This document shows, piece after piece, positions 41,225-54,917 of a stretch of 64,000 bases of DNA. The stretch is from positions 28,644,001 to 28,708,000 of the forward strand of contig OX597824.1 in the NCBI GenBank assembly GCA_951406725.2, written 5' to 3'. Below the pieces are notes generated by a model. It made no database searches. It saw only the letters and a list, made by a program, of their open reading frames with translations, and was not told the DNA's origin. This DNA is from Octopus vulgaris. Lineage: Eukaryota. The translations under genes were made by a program, and so were the position numbers. Every line of letters begins with the position of its first letter. Position 1 is the first letter of the stretch.

Positions 41225-42060
41225 GGACAGACATTATAAAGGCTTACGACATGTTGCCGCGTTCGTGGATTATCGAAACACTCGACATGTGTGGACTAGC
41301 TGAGAACGTGTGTGCACTGATTAAGAACAGCAGCTTAGTCAAGAGGTATCTTCCAAGGTGACTCATGTTCACCTCTGTTATTTGTTATAGTCTTGATCCC
41401 ACTTTCAGTAGTCCTATGTAATATCAACGCGCACTATGAGCTGAGAAAGAATGTACCTCGTCTCAACCACCTTCTCTCCATGGATGGTTTAAAACTGTTC
41501 GCAATAACAGAGGCTGAAATGTAGAGGCTGGTTGAGACTGTGAAATGGGAAGCAAGAATATAGGGACGGAATTTGATGTCTTGAAGTGTGCTGTGCTTAC
41601 TTTGAAGCGAGGGAAAAAAGTAAATTGTAGGGGCATAGAATTACCAGACGGAGAGAGAGTGGAAGATCCGGATGATGATGGGTACAAGTATCTTGATATC
41701 CTGGAGCTGAACAATATGTTGCACAAAGAAATGAATGACAAGATCATCGCTGCATATTTCAAGCATCTCAAAGTTCTCTTGAAATCAAAACTCGACTCAA
41801 AGAACCTTGTGACTGCCATCAATATATGGGCTGTAGCGCACCCATCCTGAAATGGACACAAACGGAGATTGACAAACTCGACCGCGCTACCCGAAAGATA
41901 ATAAGAGTGCATAGAACCCTCCACCCTATGGTAAATGTACACAGGTTCTATATGACGAGAGGTAACAGTGGACGCAGGCTGCTTAGCGTACGGGAGTGAA
42001 TCAGCAGTGAAAGAAGAAACATGGCAGAATGTTTGGTAAACAGCAAAAAAGACTATGCTA
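41225..42060 (+). pseudogene. R4/Dong-type LINE reverse transcriptase remnant
   Basis: KAYDMLPRSWIIETL, GIFQGDS.SPLLFVI, HLLSMDGLKLFA, KCAVLTLKRGK, YKYLDILE, SKLDSKNLVTAINIWAV. Confidence 0.85.
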
Positions 42061-42098
42061 CGTCAATAATAATAATAATAAAAATTAAAATAATAATG

Positions 42099-42179
<81 letters not shown>

Positions 42180-42191
42180 TAAATAATAATA

Positions 42192-42546
42192 TTGTGTACT
42201 GATGACAACGTGTCTCTAAAAGAAATGGAGAAACTCTCAAAATACAAAGACCTGGAAATAGAGGTAACCAGAATGTGGAATCTAAAAACAGAAACAATTC
42301 CTATCATAGTAGGTGCATTAGGCATGATTAAAAAATTATTCAGACAAATACATAACAAAAACACCAGGACTTACAAACACATATAACATACAGAAAATTG
42401 CACTACTAGGCACTACACACATCCCACGCAGAACACTTCCCATACAATAACCATCAGAGCATCACAACAAATCACAGCACATACCCAAGACACACAGAGC
42501 TACGCTCGGTAGTGAAGTGAAAGCACGCTATAAAAATAAAACTACT
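42192..42546 (+). mobile_element. R4/Dong-type LINE 3' end
   Basis: NVSLKEMEKLSKYKDLEIEVTRMWNLKTETIPIIVGALG; between (TAA)n tracts. Confidence 0.88.
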
Positions 42547-42547
42547 A

Positions 42548-42579
<32 letters not shown>

Positions 42580-42581
<2 letters not shown>

Positions 42582-43035
42582 TTTCCATTTTGGCCACAAG
42601 GGCCGACAGACAAAATAAATACGGACAATACAACACAAGGACAAGTGTGGTGTGGCACAACGTCGAGTATACAATAAATAAAAGTAATGATTAACAATAA
42701 AATTAAACAATAAAAATTCCCTAAATATGGAGAGTTCCTCACAGGGACAACCGAAGAGCCAAACGCTTTCTGGTTACCCCGAATGTCCAGAGTAGGCCCA
42801 TTCTCATGGACCATTCTCGTCACATTCACTAACATTTCGAGAAATATACTGGTTGGAGGTGGGTGCAGAACTTTCATCTTCACCCTCACTTGCTTTTTCA
42901 AGACCAGCTAATTGATCCCTCCCAACGCCCAAAGTTTCCCTAAGGACGTCGTCGCTCACGCCTGCCGCTAAGCACCTATAGAAATCCATAGTGGACTTCC
43001 ATCAACTGCACTGTCTGACTTGCAGAATGCTATAA
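42580..43035 (-). mobile_element. Tx1/L1-like LINE 3' remnant
   Basis: DDVLRETLGVGRDQLAGL resembles the 9860 fragment; 3' end cccttgtggccaaaatggaaac. Confidence 0.5.
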
Positions 43036-43039
43036 GCTC

Positions 43040-43785
43040 TTGCCAAAACTCCAAATGGCAAGCTCTCTTTCTTAGTCTACGCTTGACAGGCACGATAGAG
43101 CTGCACAATATATTCACTGGGTAATCTGTAAAAACCTGGATTTGCCCCATGAAAAAAACTGGTGGGAACACAAACCACCCCCGGTGCTTGAAAATGACCA
43201 CATCTCACTCCTCTGGAACTTCACCATTCAAACTGACAGGAAGATAGATGCAAATAGGCCAGACATCATATTGAAAGACTTCAAACAAAGAACATGCCTC
43301 CTCATTGATATGACTGTCCCAATCGATATAAACGTATCTGTCAAGACCTACCAAAAACTGAGCAAATATAAAGATCTTGAAATAGAAATCAGCAAAATGT
43401 GGAAGCTGAAGACTAAAACAATACCTGTTGTCATAGGTGCCCTGGGAATGATAGCAAAAGGGGCTGATAGCTACCTAACTCAGATACCAGGAAACCCAAA
43501 AATGGCAGAAGTTCAAAAGATAGTGCTCATGGGAACTGCTCATATCCTACGCAAAATACTCTCTATGTAATCTCAAGGTTTAAAACAAGCATAATTTTCG
43601 GTTTAAAAAAAAAAAAAAAACTTTTTTTTTTTTAGACATTCATTAGTACAACATCCCCAACCCCCAAATATATGGCACACTAGGCATAACAACAACATGA
43701 ACTTCCAACCCTGTTGTCTCTTGAGGTCTCTGGGTGAGACTTGGAGCCAACTTGTACAAATATAAAGCAAAAGTCAAACATAGAA

Positions 43786-43787
<2 letters not shown>
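43040..43787 (+). pseudogene. R4/Dong-type LINE restriction-like endonuclease domain plus 3' UTR
   Basis: RHDRAAQYIHW...LLWNFTIQTDRKIDANRPDII...CLLIDMTVP..K..KYKDL (RHD and PD..D REL motifs); stop at 43570; ends in (TAA)n. Confidence 0.92.
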
Positions 43788-43825
<38 letters not shown>

Positions 43826-43826
<1 letters not shown>

Positions 43827-44185
43827 CTAATAGAAATTGATAAAATGTGGCATCTCAAGGCGACTACAGTACCAGTGATTGTAGGATCTCTAGGAATGAT
43901 AAAAAAAGGTACTGAAACCTATTTGAAAATGATTCCAGGCTTACCATCCCTACAGGAAGTGCAAAAAATCGTATTAACTGGAACGGTTCATGTACTGAGA
44001 AGAGCACTATCGCTGTGAAAATAACATCCATCCATGAATTTATTTTATTATTAATTTTGAAATACATATTTTATCTGTGAATTTGCGCGTGTAATCTGGG
44101 AGTGCATACAATGCCCTTCTCTGCTGTAGGTGTATGGAAAACACTCGGCGAGAAACGGAAGAAAATTTGAAGAAAGAAGGAAAAA
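43826..44185 (+). mobile_element. R4/Dong-type LINE 3' end
   Basis: LIEIDKMWHLKATTVPVIVGSLG...VQKIVLTGTVHVLRRALSL; (TAA)n flanks. Confidence 0.88.
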
Positions 44186-44209
44186 ACATAATAATAATGA
44201 TAATAATAA

Positions 44210-44278
<69 letters not shown>

Positions 44279-44294
44279 CAGCAGCATTTTCTGA

Positions 44295-44627
44295 GACCGC
44301 CTTCGTTCATGACTGACCATGGGATTGCATCTAGAAAGTTACCCTCCGAGGCACAAATCCGGTCAAGGTTGCTGGATAACCAGCAGTGGCCCATGCATAC
44401 CGGCTTCCCCTCTCCACGCCACCAGTGTTATCCAAGGGAAAGGCAAAGGGACCGATACAGCTTGGCATCTGTGATGTAGCAACTCATTTCTACAGCTGAG
44501 TGAACTGGAGCAACGTGAAATAAAGTGTCTTGCTCAAGAACACAACACGCAGCCCGGTCCGGGATTCGAACTCACAACCTCGGGACCGTAATCTCGACGC
44601 TCTAACCACTGAGCCATGCGCCTTCAC
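44295..44627 (-). mobile_element. SINE family C, full length
   Basis: Reverse complement of the 18951 copy. Confidence 0.9.
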
Positions 44628-45112
44628 GTGACATCTACAGGCAGCAGATTGGTTCAAATTTTAGCAAAAGGCCAACAAATTGAGAGCAGGGTTTAAAAGC
44701 TGATTACATCGACAGTGCTCAAACGGTATTTATATTATAGACAGGGTGAAGGGAAAAGTTAACCTCGAAAGTATTTCAACTCAGAATATGAAAGAGCCGG
44801 AGCAAATGCTTTTAAGTATTTTGACCGACAGGCTAACGATTCTGACAACTTGCTTCCTCTAATATGTTTCAAATTTCGGCACAGGGCCAGTAATCTTAGA
44901 TTGGGTGAGCCCATAACATTGACCCCAGTGCTCAACGGGTCCTTATTTTGTCGACCTGATGTAGCTGATACATACAGTTGATCTCAACCATATTTGTTTG
45001 TTCTTTCTCAAGCCACGGCTGGTTCATAAGGGCCGATTTCCCGGTTTCCTTTGCGTATAGGTTCCCCACATGGACGGGACGCAGTTCCGTCGCAGGTGAG
45101 CCAGATTTGAAC

Positions 45113-45337
45113 TACTCTTTTACTTGTCTCAGACTGTGGCCATGCTGGAGCACCGCCTGCAGGCGAGCAAATCGACCCCAGGACTTATTCTTTGTAAGCC
45201 TAGTACTTATTCTATGGGTCTCTTTTGCCGAACCGCTGGGCTACGGAGACGTAAAAACACCAGCATCTATTGTCAAGCGATGTTGGGAGGACAAACACAG
45301 ATACACAAACATACACATACACACACACACACACACG

Positions 45338-45383
<46 letters not shown>

Positions 45384-45550
45384 TATGATGGGTTTCTTTC
45401 AGTTTCCGTCTACCAAATCCACTCACAAGGCTTTGGTCGGCGCGAGGCTATAGTAGAAGACAGTCGCCCAAGGTGCCACGCAGTGATACTGAACCAGGAA
45501 CCATGTGGCTGGTAAGCAAGCTACTTACCACACAGCCACTCCTACGCCTG
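45113..45550 (-). mobile_element. SINE family A
   Basis: Reverse complement of the 8305 copy. Confidence 0.9.
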
Positions 45551-46092
45551 AGAATATAAACTACCTTTCCAGAACAAATACCGCAAGGCATCATGACCAC
45601 TAATCAGTGATCTCGCGTTTTGGACATTTCTATACCTAAATCATTAGAACAAGACAACTCATTTATTATATTCACAGAAACTAATCAGAACTATCAAAGA
45701 AATAATACCGAAAAATATTATGTAAACAGAATATGTTAATGTCAACACATATATACACACTGAATGTCACGTCTGCCGTATTAATCCTACTTCCTTGATT
45801 GAGTTTCACTTTCTATTCCACACGCATGCGCCCTCGCATTTACTCATATGGCTATGAAAATATACTTTCATATTCATACGTTTGTGTGTGAGTCAGTCGG
45901 TATTGGTGTATTTATACCTATCGTAGTTTTGGTTTGTGCTTATGTGTACGTCACTACGTTATAATGGTTTATTGTTTCCTACGGTATATATAATTTCGCG
46001 TTTTACATACATTTTGTATATAAGCCTTGGTGTGAATGAGATTTTTATATGCGTACACACAGAGACACACTCACTCACTCATACACACACAC

Positions 46093-46132
<40 letters not shown>

Positions 46133-46341
46133 GCATTACCTCCGTACCCGCTCTGCCTCTCTCCCTTCTTACTGCCTAAGTATATAGCTATGTGTGCACA
46201 AGTGAATGTGTTTATGTATATATCTATGTATATCTGTGCTTCTGAGTTACGTATATACACACACGCACACATATGCATCATGTATATATACATATATATA
46301 TATATATATTAATGCATCATATATACAAATATATATATATG

Positions 46342-46381
<40 letters not shown>

Positions 46382-46582
46382 CAGACACACTCAGACAAAA
46401 GGCGTAAATACTCCTACAGACTCAGGAAAACACACACACACACACATATATATATACATACACTTACACACTCGCACATACACACATCACAGAAACTCGT
46501 TGATGGATTTGTGTATGCGCGTTTATGTATTTATGTAGCTATGTATGTAAATATATATGTATATTTATGTACGTATACATAC

Positions 46583-46673
<91 letters not shown>

Positions 46674-47661
46674 TACAGATAGATATAGATATATGCATGC
46701 ATGTATATATATATCGAAGCGTATGTGAATGTGTATGTATAAATGCACAATTAGATATACGATATATAAAAGGGTATTTTTTCAATCTTCTCTTCGTCAA
46801 ACATACAAAAGCACTTATGACAACGAGATCAATAGGTATTAATGCCTGTAAAACTGTAATGGCATCATTCTGTAGTAAATGCCCTGATATCGACCATAAG
46901 TATAGTGGAAAACGAATGTTCTGTTTGATAAGCTTTTACTGTTACACACAATTGCCGTCAGCCATTTTAAAAAGCGGTTAGCAACACTCGAGAGCAATCT
47001 GCAGCGAAAGTATCCTTCGCTCTTGTTTCCATTTTTATTCTTCATCTTGTTTGTTGCTTTTTTTTTGTTTTTGTTTCTATGGCGTTTTATCTTTTTTGTT
47101 GTTATCACGTAATGTGAACGCGAAAGAATATAGAGACGGGTAAGTAAGTAAGCTACTTTCACTTTCCCCCTCCCCACCTCCTTTATTCATGTGTTAGTCG
47201 AAGGCAAAAAGCCATTCCAGATAATACATTTAATTGGAAGTGGTATTATTCTATGTCTAACTCTTTCTTTTAAAAATTCGGCTCTAAGGAAAACAGCCGG
47301 CCGGAACCGTGTTTACGATCCGAATCTTTCCTTTTTTTTTCGCTGGCCTCTAGACAGAAGCAGCGATAACTGACAGTCCAAGCTTATTGATGGATTACCA
47401 CTGAATCTACAATATAATTATTTCTTATAAATGCCAGTGCCACATCGGAACTTGAGTTGTGGACCATGGAAAGCCTTACAGCTTCTTTTCACTACCATTT
47501 GCTCGCTTTCAAGTTTTATTAGACAATGTGTAACTAAAAATTATTGTTTCTGCGTAACATAACTACTATGCGTTATGCGCCAATGCAAGATTCGTCTAAA
47601 AAAAATCGAGGTAAATCCAAACTTGGATCCTAATGCAATAAAACGTAAAAGAAAACATGTA

Positions 47662-48209
47662 TTGGGTTGTACGGAAAGTTCGTACCTTTCAACTTATTTT
47701 AGAACATGATTGAGTCCATGAAATAGGATTTTACTACACCTCCATTTAGAGCACAGTTTAAACTATCTTTTCGTGGAAGAAGCTTTATGTCCCTATAACC
47801 TGTGTTAATTCTTTAACCCTTTAAAATGGAAGATAAGAAAGTCCATTTTCGGCTTTTGATGCATTGAGAACCAGACAAAAATTGCTGCAGCTTGGCTGGG
47901 ATGTGTTACCCCACCCTCCATATTCACCACATATTGCTTCTTGGGATTTCCACTTATTCAGGTCTCTGCAGAATAGTCTTAATGGTAAAAATTTCAATTC
48001 TTTGGATGAAGTAAAAAGATATCTTGATGAATTGTTTGCCATGAAACCATCTCAGTTCTGGGAAGAGGGTATTTTCAAGTTAAAGGAAAGATGGAGATGC
48101 ATTATGCAACAAAATAGTTCATATTTGGTTGATTAAAAATGTAATGGCAATTAATTATTGACCTTTTTCTTTCCTTTAAAAATCGGCAAGAACTTTGCGG
48201 ACAACCCAG
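47662..48209 (+). mobile_element. Internally deleted mariner
   Basis: TA-flanked TIRs ttgggttgt.cggaaagttc / gaactttgcggacaaccca; MEDKKVHF start joined to LGWDVLPHPPYSPHIASWDFHLFRSLQN...KLKERW. Confidence 0.92.
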
Positions 48210-48819
48210 TAGTTTTCTGTATGTATTTTTCTCTACATTATAGTTTAATATTAAATACTACCGTTAACACATAATATATACGACTTGACTTTTCCTCAGT
48301 TACGATGACGAGTGTCTCAGGTGAATCAATCAACAGAACAGTCTGCTTGTAACATTAACGTGCAAGGGGTTGAGTACTCCACAGATACACGTACCTTTAG
48401 AATAGTTCTCTAAGAGATTCAACTTGACAGACAATGTTACAAGGCTACCATTTTGAATCACACATATAACTGATTTTTGCCACTCGAGTAGACTAGAGAC
48501 AGGTGAAATAGAATTTTTTGCTCATGGAAACGACTCACAGCCAGGAATCGAACTCATGACTTCACGATCGTAATCCTGCACAATATATAAGAACCAGTGT
48601 TAAGGTAAACCCTGGAGATTATTGCTTCATCGCAACATTACCTCTGAACGTGACACCAGTCCGTCGTTGGGTTACTCATTTACATCTGAATGTCCTGGAG
48701 CAATGCCAGATGAAATGTTTTGCTCAAGAACACAATGAAACATCCGATCAGGGAATCGAAACCATGATCTTCTGATGGCGACTGCAACAATATTAACCAC
48801 TAGGCCATGTGCCTTCACA

Positions 48820-49885
48820 TAATCTTTTCTACTCTAGGTACAATGCCCGAAATGTTTGTGGGGAAGGGTGCCAATCGATTAGATCGACTCCAGTACACAA
48901 CTGGTACTTAATTTATTGACCCTTAAAGGATGAAAGGCAAGGTCGACCTTGGCGGAATTTGAACTCAGAACGTAAAGACAAACTAAATACCTATTTCTTT
49001 ACTACCCACAAAAGGCTAAACACAGAGAGGACAAACAAGGACAGACAAACGGATTAAGTCAATTATATCGACCCCAGTGCGTAACTGGTACTTATTTAAT
49101 CGATCCCAAAGAGATGAATGACAAAGTTGACCTCGGCGGAATTTGATCTCAGAACATAGCGGCAGACAAAATACCTATTTCTTTACTACCCACAAGGGGC
49201 TAAACACAGAGAGGACAAACAAGGACAGACAAAGGGGATTAAGTCGATTACATCGACCCCAGTGCGTAACTGTTACTTAATTTATCGACCCCGAAAGGAT
49301 GAAAGGCAAAGTCGACCTGGGCGGAATTTGAACTCAGAACGTAAAGACAGGCGAAATACCGCTAAGCATTTCGCCCGGCATGCTAACGTTTCTGCCAGCT
49401 CGCCACCTTGTACCTTCAAATAATCGGTGATATATAAATGTAACATTAGTTTCAAATTTTGGCACAAGGCTAGCAATTTCGGGTGAGGGTTTATGTCGAT
49501 TACATCGATTTCCCAGTGCTTATTTCATTGCCTCCGAAAGAGTGCAATTCAAAACTCGACCTCGGCGGTATTTGAACTCAGAAGGTAAAGACGGAGAAAA
49601 TGCCGCTAAGCAATTTGCTAGGCGCGGTATTGATTTTGCCAGCTCGCCCTGTAATATTAAGAAAGTGGCAAGGAGGCGATCTGGCAGAATCATTTGCACG
49701 CGGGGCAAAAAGCTTAGCGACGTTTCGTCCATCTTTGCGCTCTGAGTTCAAATTCCACCGAGGTTGACTTTATCTTTCATCCTTTCGAGGTCGATAAAAT
49801 AAGTACCATTTGAGCATGGGGTCGATGTAATTGACTTGCCGTCACTCTCGAAATTGCTGGCCTTGTGCCAAAATTTGAAACTAAT
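48820..49885. mobile_element. Cluster of SINE D copies, including a minus-strand multimer with about 185-bp units
   Basis: tcgac.ccagt..g.aactggtactt...ggcggaatttgaactcagaac repeated at about 48885, 49068 and 49253; further copies at about 49450-49650 (-) and 49668-49885 (+). Confidence 0.88.
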
Positions 49886-50856
49886 ATTAATAAACGGGTG
49901 ATGAAAGTTACGTTATCACAAAATAAATCCACCTTCAACTTAAATTCCTTTCCCTTCTACCATAGTGAAAGGACCTAAAATTTATGAAGGTTACATCTAT
50001 TCCACAGCTTCATTGGAACTTACCCTGAAAGTATCAAAAGCAAAGTCGACCTCGCCGTTATCTGAAGTAAAAACGTAGAGACGGACTAAATGCGACTAAA
50101 CATTTTATCCGGCTTGTTAACGATTCTGCTAGCTGGTCGTCTTACCCCCAGCTCAAATTAAATGGAACTTAATTTGCACTTAATCACAGGATTATATTGT
50201 GACAATTTATTGTAGTTGTTCCATAATCCAAATTAATATGTCTGCTAACATCATAAGTGATCTTTTGCGAATGAAATGTCGAATCAAGTAAGAATTAGTT
50301 AACAGTTCGTAATACACCAAGTATGGTTGCACACTAATTGATTACCATCATGTTTCATCATTTAAAACTCAAGACACAAATGTATATTAATGTCAGCACA
50401 CACAGTTCGTGTTTATGTGATCAATCGAAGGTACGTATTTAAACGTCATCCTTTATTCTTCATCAGCTCTCACTTTCCATTCATCGCAAGCACAAATCTT
50501 TATTCGTTTCGGAAGTAACACAAGTACGTGACATTGAGAAGCCGCAAACACGGAGAAATACATAACTTTCCATTCGCCTCTCACTTTCTCTCTCTCTCAT
50601 TTACAATTGTATGAAAATATACATTCTCGTATATAAATATGTGTGTGTGCATATGTGAGCGCGTCCGAGATTTGCAATATTTTACAATTGCATCAACTCA
50701 CAATCAGAATGCAATGACAAAGGATCAATTCGAACACACCCATACCTTTCTGTGTTGATAATAAATTAACCGCAACTAAAATTATTAAGGTAACTTCCAA
50801 TGTCCCCTTACAAAGTCATTTGAAAAAATATGGCATGCCAAGGTTACATACATAGA

Positions 50857-50930
<74 letters not shown>

Positions 50931-51121
50931 CGGGGGGAATATTACCAGGTGGTCAGTGCGGTTAATAAAAACGTCATAGGTGCATATTACAAAATATTTT
51001 ATAATTATATATATAATTATAACAAGGGGTCGCATTACGTCTCACAACGCACTGCTAAAAAAAAGACGCTAAAGCTCCTATTACCACCTTAAAATCTCCG
51101 AGAAATAACACAGCATAATGA

Positions 51122-51387
51122 AGGTAAGCAAAAGAAAACTAATGAATCCACAAGGTTGGTCAATTCCGTGCCTGATTGGATTTCAAGCTTAAAGTATAAT
51201 TAAAATATATCACTGACTGCTATCGTCAGCGGAAGTACTCCATAAGATAAATTTGCGAGTATTTATCTTATGGGGTACTTCTGATGATAGCAGTAAGTGA
51301 AATATTTAAATTTTACTTTAAGCTTGAAATCCGACGGGTACGGATTTGACCAACCTTGTAGATTCTTAATATTTCCTTTGCTTACCT
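51122..51387. mobile_element. Diverged 266-bp palindrome with a decayed HHR in each arm
   Basis: Left arm, minus strand: ttccg CTGACGA tagc...gctt GAAA tccaatcaggca cggaa. Right arm, plus strand: CTGATGA tagc...gctt GAAA tccgacggg TA cgga. Confidence 0.7.
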
Positions 51388-51429
<42 letters not shown>

Positions 51430-51439
51430 TTTGTACATG

Positions 51440-51970
51440 GGAAGTGCGTGACCTACGACGCAACTTTCCATGTGCACATTTCTCAAATGGCAACACTATG
51501 CAGGCGGGTGGCAGGTTGGATCCTTAGATCCTTCAGTGCCAGCAACAGATACACAATGCTTCTGCTTTGGAGAAGCTTTGTCCTCAGTCGTCTGGACTAC
51601 TGCTCCCAGCTATGGTCCCCACAGAGTGTAGAGCTAATTGCAGAACTCGAAGCGATCCAACGCCACTTCACACAGGAGATAGATTCAGTAAAACAAATGG
51701 GCTACAGGGAGAGATTGAAGGAACTGGGACTCGACTCCCTAGAGAGAAGACATAAGAGATATACAATGCTATACATGTGAAAAATAATGGAGGATATGGC
51801 TCCAAATTTCGGAATTGAAATTTACAACAATCCCCGAAATGGACGGCATAGCAAAGTACCAAAGGTCCCACTTTCTCCATCGAAGATACGAGCCCAATAT
51901 TGTAATAGCTTGAGATTCAAGAGAACACAACTTTTTAATGCCCTACTGTCAGGGATCTGCATGATGTAGA
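51440..51970 (+). pseudogene. CR1-clade LINE ORF2 3' remnant
   Basis: GWILRSF...LLLWRSFVLSRLDYCSQLWSP...ELEAIQRHFT...YRERLKELGLDSLERR. Confidence 0.88.
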
Positions 51971-53134
51971 CATGAATGAGTAGTAGGGTCACTGAAAATG
52001 TTTTCCTCCGTGGATTTTAAACTATGTTAAGTCATTTTGAATGTCCTTAATTATGAAGTTCATGAATTCATCTGACGAAAATGGCTTCTTATAATGATGT
52101 AATGTCTTCATAAATCAATTAACACTCGTTAGAATCAGTCGTAATGAATTGACATCTGTACATCTATTGTTACTCATTGATACATATATATACATGTTTG
52201 TATGTATGTATGTACGTCTGTGTTTTCTTGTGAGTGCTTGTGTGTATGTATGCATGTATGCAATATGCATGTTGTATATGCATATCATATCTATTATATT
52301 CCGTATTACACATGCGATTAATTAATACACATACGAAAATTCCTGTTAACGACTATTCAATCAAAGTTTAATTATATCTTTGCTCTCAATAGCTATCAAC
52401 CTTATTTCGTTGTTTTTTCCCCTACGTATATTCTATCGGTACTGTACCTAGGGGTCAACCATCTTCTCTGAGAAACACTAGCAACATCGCATTTCCATTA
52501 ATGCCGAGACTCCGTTGTTTAAATGAAAATATTGTCTTCGATAAAACTACGAAGTTTCAGCAAAATCTATTTTGCTACCTACTATAATGCAAAACCGATT
52601 AAGATCGAGCTAGCAACAGTTATGAAATATCTGCGATATATAGTCTATGAGATACGACAGTTATCCTATATCTATGATTGTAAAAGGCTTTCAATGTCTT
52701 TAACAGCGAAACACATTACTTCCGCTTCAGAAAACGTGAATTTAACCTTGTCTGTATTGGCTGTCAGATTGACAATTTCCGCCGGTGTTCTGTGAAAAGA
52801 CCAGACGAGATCGTTATCTGCTCTATGAAAGACGTTTTTATTTCGGAATCATCTTTAGTAATGGACAATTCCAAAATAACATGTCTTTAATCTAAAATAT
52901 AACTGAATAATGACTTTTTCTCTTCCCCGCCCCCTACTCTATCACCCACCCTACCCTCTTAATTTCTAATGTTTCGTTTTTCATATACTTCTTAGAGTAT
53001 ATATTACATAGAGGTAGATTAAAAACAGAAAGAAACAAATTACAAAATAAAAAAAAATATATATGTTATAATAATAATAATAAAAAATAATAAACAAAAA
53101 GCAATAAACTTCCAAGATGTATAGGCTGATTGAT

Positions 53135-53167
53135 GGTCATCATGGTGGTTGTGGAGATGATGATGCA

Positions 53168-53199
<32 letters not shown>

Positions 53200-53622
53200 C
53201 GAAGACGACGTCGACCATGTTGCTGCTACTGCTGCTGCTCTTACGACTGCTGCTGCTGCTGACAATGATCGTGTTAGTGATGTTGTTGTAATGGTGTTGA
53301 TGTTATTGGTTGTGGCGGTGATGGTGGTGATGACAGTATTGCGAATATTGATATTAATGATGGTGAGGATTACGCTGTTGGCGATGGCGATGATGACGAT
53401 GACGATGACGATGATGAGGAGGGGGGAGAAGGAGGAGGCGGAAATGACGACGACGATAATGGCGACGTCAATGACGATGAGAGTGGTGGTGGTGATGGTA
53501 GTGGTGATAATGATGATGATGATGTACATGGCAATCATGAAGGCGGCGATGAAGACGACGACAATAACAGCGTTGATGACGATCAGAAGGAGTATTGATG
53601 TGCATATAAGTAGTAGTGATGT

Positions 53623-53682
<60 letters not shown>

Positions 53683-53707
53683 CAGCAGCAGCAGCAGCAG
53701 CACCAGC

Positions 53708-53760
<53 letters not shown>

Positions 53761-53779
53761 CAGCAGCAGCAGCACCAGC

Positions 53780-53860
<81 letters not shown>
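53135..53860. repeat. GAT/GCT/AGT trinucleotide low-complexity region
   Basis: Direct inspection. Confidence 0.9.
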
Positions 53861-54156
53861 TATGTTGGCTGCGGTAATGTCACTACATGTCATGTGTTAT
53901 GTTGATGTCATTTTGAAAACAAAAATTATATATATACATCAATATAGGTTATAAGAGGTAATGCTGTCATTGAGACCCAAAGGTGTCAGGTAAGGAATGA
54001 GTGCTATAGTCAAACCATAGTTAATTTCCAGGTTCGGTGATTTTGCGAATAAGGGGTTCAACGTTGGTCATATGTCAGCGTGTGTATATAAGAATTTTTT
54101 GCGTAGAGATAAAAAAACCAAGTCTGAGTATATATTAGAACATTTATAGATAGAAG

Positions 54157-54208
54157 GTCTAACAGCTGTTTCCGGGATATTCATTAATTATATCCCTTCA
54201 TCGGAGAC
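54157..54208 (-). ncRNA. Type I hammerhead-like motif with core variant CCGAUGA
   Basis: gtct CCGATGA a gggatat-aattaatga-atatccc g GAAA c-agct-g TT agac. Confidence 0.65.
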
Positions 54209-54917
54209 AGTGTAAGAGGATGGTTAAGTAATAGTTAATTTAGATAGGATACAAAATAGAGAGTGAGTTGGGGGTAAGAAAATAGATGTGAGATATGCAG
54301 GGATATTGAATTTGTAGATCCACTTTTTAGGCAGAATGGAATATGTATAAGATTCCAATACCTTATGAGAAAAATCCAACAGTATATAAAATGTATTCGT
54401 TCCAAGTATAAAGTTTATACACAAAGTAACATTCCAATAACTTATGAGCAAGAGATGACGTTTAAACCTTATCCTTTTGGTTACACTTCTATTAATGTTA
54501 CGATTAAAGAAGAATACAAAAACATAAAATGAATTTTTTGTTTTCTGTCGTAAACTGAGGGATTCATTCGTCGTTTTGAGAAAAATAAGGTACGCCTTAC
54601 CGTATTTCTGCTATACGTTCACTACAGACACAAGCTTTGAATACAGTGAGGAACTACGATGTGACGTATGTATGTATATTTGTATGCATTTCTGTTCTCT
54701 GCTATTTTTCGTTATTTGCAGCACACGGTTGAGTTCGCAATGAAAGCTAGCAGGGTCCTTCATGAGGCAGTGTGCCGAATGAAATCGCTGTTTTTACTTC
54801 GCATGTTGTGAAATCTGTGTTTTTGTTAAAACGTGTATGCAGTATTTTGTCATGAACAGGTACAAAGAGCCACCGGAAAATTTCATGTTTAACTTGGGAA
54901 GTCTGCTACAGAGACAT

